A DNA stretch of 64,000 nucleotides from a virus. Of the stretch, positions 57,266 through 64,000 are shown in pieces. Both the position numbers and the translations under genes were made by a program. How positions within the stretch are numbered: the stretch's first letter is position 1; every line of letters starts with the position of its first letter. Where the stretch lies: positions 1 through 64,000 of IMG/VR virus record IMGVR_UViG_3300009163_000026, one strand, 5' to 3'. The notes under the pieces were generated by a model that did not search any database, had not been told where the DNA came from, and was given only the letters and a program-made list of their open reading frames with translations.

Positions 57266-57586
57266 CTATTTACGTTTGAAGAAACTCAATGGATTCTTAG
57301 CAAACGCACGACCAAGATCTACGATACCATCAATAATCTCTGGTGAGATAACACCGATGATCCCGTAAACTATAGCTTTATATAGCGATGAAATATCTGT
57401 TTGCTCCAAAACAAACCAAGCAATACCTGCTGCAAGTGCAGCAGTTGTTACCCTTTTAAATTGATCAAGCAGGCTAATCTTTACATTAGAAGAGAGTAAG
57501 CGTGCAAGCATTGATGCAGCACCGATAACTGGCACAAGCCAACCTCCATTAATGAATTCTCGTATCAGAGATCTTTCCGGTTCCAT
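57266..57586 (-). CDS. Holin-like 3-TM membrane protein
   Basis: Three hydrophobic segments, basic C-terminus, TAAATA upstream. Confidence 0.55.
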   Translation of the reverse strand: MEPERSLIREFINGGWLVPVIGAASMLARLLSSNVKISLLDQFKRVTTAALAAGIAWFVLEQTDISSLYKAIVYGIIGVISPEIIDGIVDLGRAFAKNPLSFFKRK

Positions 57587-57597
57587 TATGTTATTAT

Positions 57598-58002
57598 TTA
57601 TGGCTTTTCAACATAAACTTGCATGTATTGCGGGTTAGTTCGTGCGTTTAAACGTAATTTTGAGTGAGTGCTAACATAAACATCAAAGACATAACATTTA
57701 CCACGCGATGCCCTTTTCTTAGTTACTGCAGACCCTCGATCTTGTACGATAAATATACCATCATCAAACTTATTTTTAAGTTGCGGTATATATACTTTGG
57801 TTCCAAACGCAAAATCAGGGTGAGCAGCAATAGTTACGCTTTCTTTCGCATATCTTATTTTAGTATCTGCTACCCTGTTACCCCATTTCTTGTCACTACT
57901 ATAAAACGTTATTCTAGCTTTATATTCACGAACAACTTCTGCTTTACTCTGTATGCAACTCGTTAGAGTACATAGCAATAATAATATATAAATCATCTTC
58001 AC
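57598..58002 (-). CDS. 3D-domain (MltA-like) lipoprotein
   Basis: Lipobox LTSC; AAHP...FGTKVYI...QDRG...FDVY. Confidence 0.72.
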   Translation of the reverse strand: MKMIYILLLLCTLTSCIQSKAEVVREYKARITFYSSDKKWGNRVADTKIRYAKESVTIAAHPDFAFGTKVYIPQLKNKFDDGIFIVQDRGSAVTKKRASRGKCYVFDVYVSTHSKLRLNARTNPQYMQVYVEKP

Positions 58003-59680
58003 ACGAGAATTGTACTATAAAAAATTATTATAGCAACTACTCAGACTTTAGACAACACATACCTATCAGTGAAGCCATTTAACGCAAGAGCGTAGTTTAG
58101 TAGGCTAGCAGTCCACTTATCTAACTTACAAGTCATACCTCTAAAGGTATAAGATTCTTGAATACAATCTCTATCTATTGGTTCTAACATAATTTTATTT
58201 AATTTTAACGCCGATATACGCTGGTAAACTATACTTTGTGTCTCGTGGACAAACAAACCAACTATCAATAGTAGCTTTATTTTCACTGTGAGTTATGTCT
58301 GAAGCTCTAACCACATGACAAGGCTTCCAGCTCTTAACGGGAATGTTTATAAGATCACTAACTGTCTTAAAGTCACCTTCAAAGCGGTAAGGATCGATAT
58401 TGTATAGGAATCCGCTCTCCACAAAGTAGATATGCGAGTGTTTTTGGTTTGTAAGTAAATTCATAGTTGTTAATCTAAGTTTAGAGAATAGGCCTGAAGA
58501 GTTTGATAAATTTTTTCTCTTATCACGCTAGCAACATTTACCTCTTCGTTGGTCGCCTCTCTATTGTCAAATGTTGCGTACTTTGTAATGCTTCTTAGCT
58601 CCTGATCAAGATCCCAAAGCGCGCATTTCCATTTGCGACCATCTAAGGCTGTTCGTGCTTCGTCCTCTTCCTCTGTATCAAACTCAAGTGTTATTTTTGC
58701 CATATTATAATTTATTTAGTTTTATAGAATACCGGTTGACAACTCTACGACAGTTATAATTACCAGCCACATAAAAGTATTAACGCGTAAAGCAGCTTTT
58801 AAATTATAGTCACACTTGATCAAAAGGTCAACAGAATTTAATACTAGAGCGCAAAGCCCAAGCAATAGAAAGAAATTAAAGTTGGTTTGCGGTAAGAATT
58901 CTCTAAGCAAAGCAGCTACAAGAGCTGTTGCCCAAACAGCTTCAAAAATCACATAAGCGCCAGCAAGGCAGCTTAATAGTATTGTTCTCATTGTCATAAT
59001 TATTTTTGCAATAGTGCTTCGATGATTTTCTCAGCGTTTTCTTGAATGGACGGATATTCAAGAGTGGTAAATTGTTCTCCATGTTTAGCAATAAAGGCTT
59101 GCCAATCAGCGAGAGCTTCTGGGGTCAGTGGTCGTTGTTGTGGGCGAGCTTCAGAAGCTTTGCGAATGATTTCAACCAATTGATCTTCTTTATCTCGCGC
59201 TGCGGCAGAAATTTCTGATTTGTTGGGATAGACTTGCTGACGAATAGAAGTGCTTCCTGGAGCAACTTTAACTAACCACCAACCTTCACGTAAGCCATCA
59301 TAAACATAAGGGTCATTCTCCTGTACATACTTACGTCCGACTTTCTTGTAACGAATTTGGCTCATCTTATCATATATTCTTGTTTGTGCATTCATATTTT
59401 ATATTATTTTATTGGTGTTCCGTAGCGCGGGGTTCCGTAGAGCCTCGAATACGATGAGCCGAAGTAACCCATTGCCCAATGCATGGATTTGTTTCACCTC
59501 GTTGTTGCATGATGATAGCTTCCTTGATCTTCTTAGCGTACTTAGCTGGGTCAAATTCAACCAAGCCAACATCATTGTAACCTCCACAGCTCAAAAAGAG
59601 TGCAATCTCACGCAGCGCGTCTTCCGCTAAGTAAGCTTTCTCTTCTGCTGCTTCAGCTCTTTTAAGTAATTGTTCTTTGG

Positions 59681-60376
59681 TCATGCCTTATTATATCTTT
59701 GTTCCTTACTGTGTTCTAAGAATTCCAACTCCGCAAGTATCCTAGCACGGCATCCATTAAAGTCAGTACTAAAATGATTATGGAAATGTCCAGCGTAGCT
59801 TTTTTTCGGCCTTGCCAATTTAAACAAGATATCATGATCATATCTTTCTTGGAGACATTCATCCCAAAGTGTGGGATCGTCTTTTAACCAATGATAGAAC
59901 GGTTGTTTATCAGTTGGTCCCAGCCAAGACGGAACAGAGTGAGTAATCAAAACATCACACTCTTCAATCTTAGATTTATTAAGGACGAATGGCTCGTCTT
60001 TCCAATAAGAGAATCCTTCTCGCCGTATCTTTCGGTCAATAGAGATTGCTCCACCAACAAATAAAAACTTTTCATCGTTTATGATTTGTGTGTGGTAATC
60101 TGGAAGCAATTTAAAATGACTTAAATCTACTGAACCATCAAAGTAAGCGGGATCTGAGTGATTGCCTCTGATGCTCAAATACTCAATGTCTTTTGATTTT
60201 AAATAATCGTTGTATTCGTTAAATTGTTCTAGCTGTTTATCTCTAGGCACAAAGCCTTCACCGCCATCTCCAACATGAATCAAAATGCAATCTTTAATGC
60301 CATAAGCTTCAATAAGACGAAACATAACAGCATATTTGCCATGATTGTCACCAACAATATAAACTTTACGGTACAT
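59681..60376 (-). CDS. Metallophosphoesterase
   Basis: GDNHG, HVGD, RGNH, ITH, GHFH. Confidence 0.88.
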   Translation of the reverse strand: MYRKVYIVGDNHGKYAVMFRLIEAYGIKDCILIHVGDGGEGFVPRDKQLEQFNEYNDYLKSKDIEYLSIRGNHSDPAYFDGSVDLSHFKLLPDYHTQIINDEKFLFVGGAISIDRKIRREGFSYWKDEPFVLNKSKIEECDVLITHSVPSWLGPTDKQPFYHWLKDDPTLWDECLQERYDHDILFKLARPKKSYAGHFHNHFSTDFNGCRARILAELEFLEHSKEQRYNKA

Positions 60377-60576
60377 CTTTAATATATTTTTCTTGTTTTA
60401 AATAATGCAAGATTTCGTCTTGCGGTCCATGAGTATAGCCTACCTTTTTTAATTTTCCACGTGCTTGTATTAGGGTAAGATCACGATAAGTCTCACCAAA
60501 AGAATGATAAAATATCATAGCGAACTTTGTAAACACGATGCTGTTGCCAGATTTATAGTATCTCACTCTATTATAA

Positions 60577-61266
60577 TTATGCTTTCATGTATCCTTGCTT
60601 TTTTGCTTCAGACGGAGATAACGTTGCATACCAGCTACCTCTCTTACATATATCTCCCGCCTTGCCGCTATCCTGACAAGTCTTTGAAGTAAGATACTCT
60701 GCAAAACGAATCATACCATCAATGGTCTTGTCTCCGCTGTCAACATATACTCTTAGAGTTCCAAACTTTTCTTTATACTGAGCAACCTTTACTTGGCGTG
60801 GTTTGACATAGATATACATCTCACTTATAAACCATGCCGTAATCCTTAGCGTGAGTCTTCTTACCTTCATTGCAAAACTTTTGTTCATCTTTTTTGTTTG
60901 CTCTTCATTTCTAGCAACAGTATAGTCAACCTTTTTGTATGGATTAAAGATGACATCTAGCCGCGCGTGAATCTTTCTCCAGATATTTTTATACACCCAA
61001 GCTTTGATCTTCTTGTCTGGATTGTCTTCAGTTTTGGTGGTGTACTTAATGTACTGATCGATGCTACCAAACAGATTATCCACAAGCGTCTCCCAACCCT
61101 TTGGGCAATCATTCCAGCATCGCTGAAATTGCGGCAGTAGTTGTCCATCTTCTCCAGTGTAGAAAAGATCAGGATACTTCTTAAATAAGTGTTGCTCAAA
61201 GTCAAATTCTGCTTTGGCCGTTGCTTCAATCTTTTCTTTTAGTTCTTTTGTGTTTTTTGCTTTCAT
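60577..61266 (-). CDS. Conserved phage hypothetical protein
   Basis: GW..L, QYKEKFGTLRVY, S..TC...G, W..TL. Confidence 0.65.
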   Translation of the reverse strand: MKAKNTKELKEKIEATAKAEFDFEQHLFKKYPDLFYTGEDGQLLPQFQRCWNDCPKGWETLVDNLFGSIDQYIKYTTKTEDNPDKKIKAWVYKNIWRKIHARLDVIFNPYKKVDYTVARNEEQTKKMNKSFAMKVRRLTLRITAWFISEMYIYVKPRQVKVAQYKEKFGTLRVYVDSGDKTIDGMIRFAEYLTSKTCQDSGKAGDICKRGSWYATLSPSEAKKQGYMKA

Positions 61267-61868
61267 AATTTATTTAAATTTTTATCAAACAATCCAAGCA
61301 CCCAATTCAATCGGAATTGGCAATTAAAACGATCACTGGTGTAAAACAAATTACCAGCAATATCTTCCTCACTCTTATAGCCATAAGTATCTAACGGACT
61401 TCGCTCATCACGGCCATAATAATCATCAACGGCAAGCCACTTAGATTGTGCAGCAATCACTCCAACATAAGGACGAATAATATCTTTTGCAGTTTCTAGA
61501 GGTACTCCTTGGCGGTAGAAATTACTAAACACATGTTTAGTCAACAGCTTGTAACGTGCTGTTGCTTTTTTCTCAAGGCGATCCTTGGTCTTTTTTTTCA
61601 TATCTTATTGTATCAGTGTTTCAGTTATTTTTAATGAATATAAATTGCTTCGCAGTCAAATGGATCGGTGTGGGAGTATGCTACGTCATGCTTACCATAA
61701 TACCATTCAGTGAACGTATTGAGCTTGATTTTGACTTGACCTGCGTGTTCAGCTTCATTTACGCCACCTTCATAGCCGCTAACAATTACCATAAGTTCTG
61801 GATCGTAGCCTTGCAGCTTTTCAATTAAATGTTTGACTTGCATAACTATATTATATCAAAGTTCCTTC

Positions 61869-62261
61869 TCAAAGTAAAGGTTTATTTTCAAAAATGTTGC
61901 CGATTACTTCACAGCTGGCGAAGGCAGGAATACTACTGCTTCCAAAATTTCTATGCGTGACTATAGGATCTTGAATGAAGCAGCCAAGCATGTCGTCCTC
62001 ACCATTGGAGTATTGACCGATTCTGATTTCTCGATTCTTTTCTCTATAGACTACAATGTCACCTTCATAAATGTCAACTCCGTTCTTATCTTTAAGACCT
62101 GTATATTGTTGCACGATGCATTCATTACCACCAGATCCATTTTGAAGATTGTGAAATTCACCCTTCAAGGAAAGAACATAATGCCCTTGATAGCCTTCAT
62201 CGCATCGAGTGAATCGTTCTGCTAGTTTATCCCAAGCTCTAAATTTTAGTTCTCTTTGCAT
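61869..62261 (-). CDS. YopX-family protein
   Basis: RELKFRAWD, QYTGLKDKNG..IYEGDIV, EVIGNIFEN. Confidence 0.88.
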   Translation of the reverse strand: MQRELKFRAWDKLAERFTRCDEGYQGHYVLSLKGEFHNLQNGSGGNECIVQQYTGLKDKNGVDIYEGDIVVYREKNREIRIGQYSNGEDDMLGCFIQDPIVTHRNFGSSSIPAFASCEVIGNIFENKPLL

Positions 62262-62736
62262 ATTAATTTCCGTCTTCTGCTGGATTTGCATACAGCTTAT
62301 CAATCTTACTAAGTTCGTCAAGGATTCCTTGACGATCCATACTAATATTTCGAGCAATATAAATTTTAGCACAAATATTGTCAAGCATAAGTAATTGCTC
62401 TTCTTTTGAATATTCGTGAATACGTTTGTATTTGTCTTCCATACTTGATTATATTGGTGTTCCTACTTTGTCTTAATCTCCCAATCAAAGCAAAGTAGAT
62501 TAAAGAATGGCAGGTCTCTCTCAGCGTCATACACCTCAATCTCTTCTAGCCAAACATAAGTAGATGAAGAATTAAGTTCTGTCTTGCGCACAGTGTATTC
62601 TTGATCCTTAACCAAATACTTTTGATCGTCAACTACATTAGAAAACCATGCGTGTTCGCACGGGTACTTAAATATAATTTTCTGACCATCTGCTGGGAAT
62701 CCCAGTCTTTCTTTATCGTCTTCATACGTATTCATA

Positions 62737-63063
62737 TTAATAATTTAATTTTAAAAAATCTGTATCTTTATCAAGCGTCTCGACAACATAATTAAAGCTC
62801 TGTGAATCTTTAGTTAATTTATCTAAAACGGATGCTCCATAAGAATGAAGTCCGTATCTAGTTTTGTTACACCTGTAAATTGAACCTGAATGGCCAGTAA
62901 ACTCGTATGCGTAACCAATGTCAGTGACTTTCTTAATACCGCTATTCAGCTGCCAACTTGCGCTGCCTGTATAACTGCCATTCCAGCAAGCAAAAACCTT
63001 GTAGTTTGCTTGCTTACCGTCAATTTTAATAACTACCCATTTATCTGGTTTATTTACGTCCAT
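62737..63063 (-). CDS. Conserved phage hypothetical protein
   Basis: PDKWVVIK...YKVFACW.G.Y....W.LNSGI. Confidence 0.65.
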   Translation of the reverse strand: MDVNKPDKWVVIKIDGKQANYKVFACWNGSYTGSASWQLNSGIKKVTDIGYAYEFTGHSGSIYRCNKTRYGLHSYGASVLDKLTKDSQSFNYVVETLDKDTDFLKLNY

Positions 63064-63548
63064 AATACTTGTCTTAATTCAAGTATAGTTGATAAAGTCT
63101 CATTATCAAGCCTTTCCATTTCTGCTTCAATACTAATTACTCCAGCATACCTTTTCAGATAATTGCTTTTATTATTAATCATGTCATCAATATTAGTAAA
63201 CTCAGGATAAGCCTTGTATAAATCTTTATCTAATTGTGGCCTTTGCTTTGTGATATAATCATAGCATTTAAGGATTTTTGCTTTTGTTTCTTTCTTCTCC
63301 TCAAATATTTTTTCCCAGTTTGGACTGCTATCCCTAAAATCTTCTTCGTCCCAAGCAACATTCTCAAAGCATTTTTCTCCGTCAACGTAATGCACCAAGC
63401 ATTCGAACAGTATCATTCGAATCAACTCTACTTTATCGCACCAATGATTAGGAATCTTTTTGGTGAGCCACCTTTGGCGGGGATTAAACATGCATTTAAA
63501 GTCTGACCAAGCATTACTCCAGAACCACCACTTAAATATTTTCTTCAT
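63054..63548 (-). CDS. Hypothetical protein
   Basis: 164 aa ORF behind GGAAC promoter. Confidence 0.6.
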   Translation of the reverse strand: MKKIFKWWFWSNAWSDFKCMFNPRQRWLTKKIPNHWCDKVELIRMILFECLVHYVDGEKCFENVAWDEEDFRDSSPNWEKIFEEKKETKAKILKCYDYITKQRPQLDKDLYKAYPEFTNIDDMINNKSNYLKRYAGVISIEAEMERLDNETLSTILELRQVLWT

Positions 63549-63570
63549 ACACCTATGGTACTAGAGTTCC

Positions 63571-63771
63571 TTATTTGGCACGCTTAGATTTTTTCCACCA
63601 TTTACACCATGCGGTTGGCTTAATAACTCCAGCAACAGCAGAACAACCATGGGGCGGTCTCCACATGGTGCAGGCTTGACAAGCCTGTCCTTTAACAGTG
63701 CGCGCTACATAACCAGCCTCTACTTTAGAATGCTTGACTTTTTCTAAAAAGTATTGTATAAACTTTTTCAT
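63571..63771 (-). CDS. HiPIP-like 4Fe-4S protein with CTS-like leader
   Basis: Y...CQAC..W....C..V.G.I...WC.WW; MKKFIQYFLE; TATAAATA upstream. Confidence 0.65.
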   Translation of the reverse strand: MKKFIQYFLEKVKHSKVEAGYVARTVKGQACQACTMWRPPHGCSAVAGVIKPTAWCKWWKKSKRAK

Positions 63772-64000
63772 ACTATATTATTTATAACCACTTTGTGATT
63801 AAATATAAACTAATTCAAAATCTCCGTAATCATCAATAATGCAATAAGAACATGACTCATCGCAAAAGCTACCAGTATTGATATATGTGCATTTTGCAAA
63901 GTGTCGTATCTCTGGATAGTGCGTATGACCAGCAATAAGTATCTCTGCTGTTTTTTGATGCTTTAAGACAAACTTTGAACGAACTAAATCTTTAGCTCTT

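Noticed and set aside
60366-60566. MRYYK ORF as an MRY-family member
   Set aside because: GTG start, only 66 aa and no PETHPxFN-like motif
218-63771. Stop-codon reassignment
   Set aside because: Conserved genes (gp23, nrdAB, dnaK, queF) are intact in the standard code and no suppressor tRNA was seen

Overview
64 kb of a large, AT-rich T4-like myophage genome. DnaK/DnaJ sequence style and a beta-barrel gene suggest a Verrucomicrobiota-like host (inference). Left part: scaffold gp22 and major capsid gp23; an HNH+methyltransferase insert; a giant fibre with sulfotransferase/glycosyltransferase; a 7-deazaguanine DNA-modification cluster (TGT/DpdA-like, formyltransferase, kinase, QueF); a split gp5-like spike; ClpP, NrdAB, PRTase; lysis genes; DnaJ. 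Right part (26-64 kb): a minus-strand accessory region with DnaK, a MoxR-peptidase-vWA trio, RadA-like ATPase and a tRNA/ncRNA cluster. The most striking unexplained structure has three layers. (1) About 19 hypervariable paralogs share only an N-terminal MRY (ATGAGATAY) and an internal PE[TSD][HN]PxFN motif, in arrays behind T4-type late promoters. (2) Many late genes interleaved with them carry leaders resembling the T4 capsid-targeting sequence, suggesting an injected cargo repertoire. (3) About 28 copies of an unusual GGAAC-N5-TATAAT promoter, often fused to the upstream stop codon, delimit single-gene cassettes. All calls come from reading the sequence; no searches were run.
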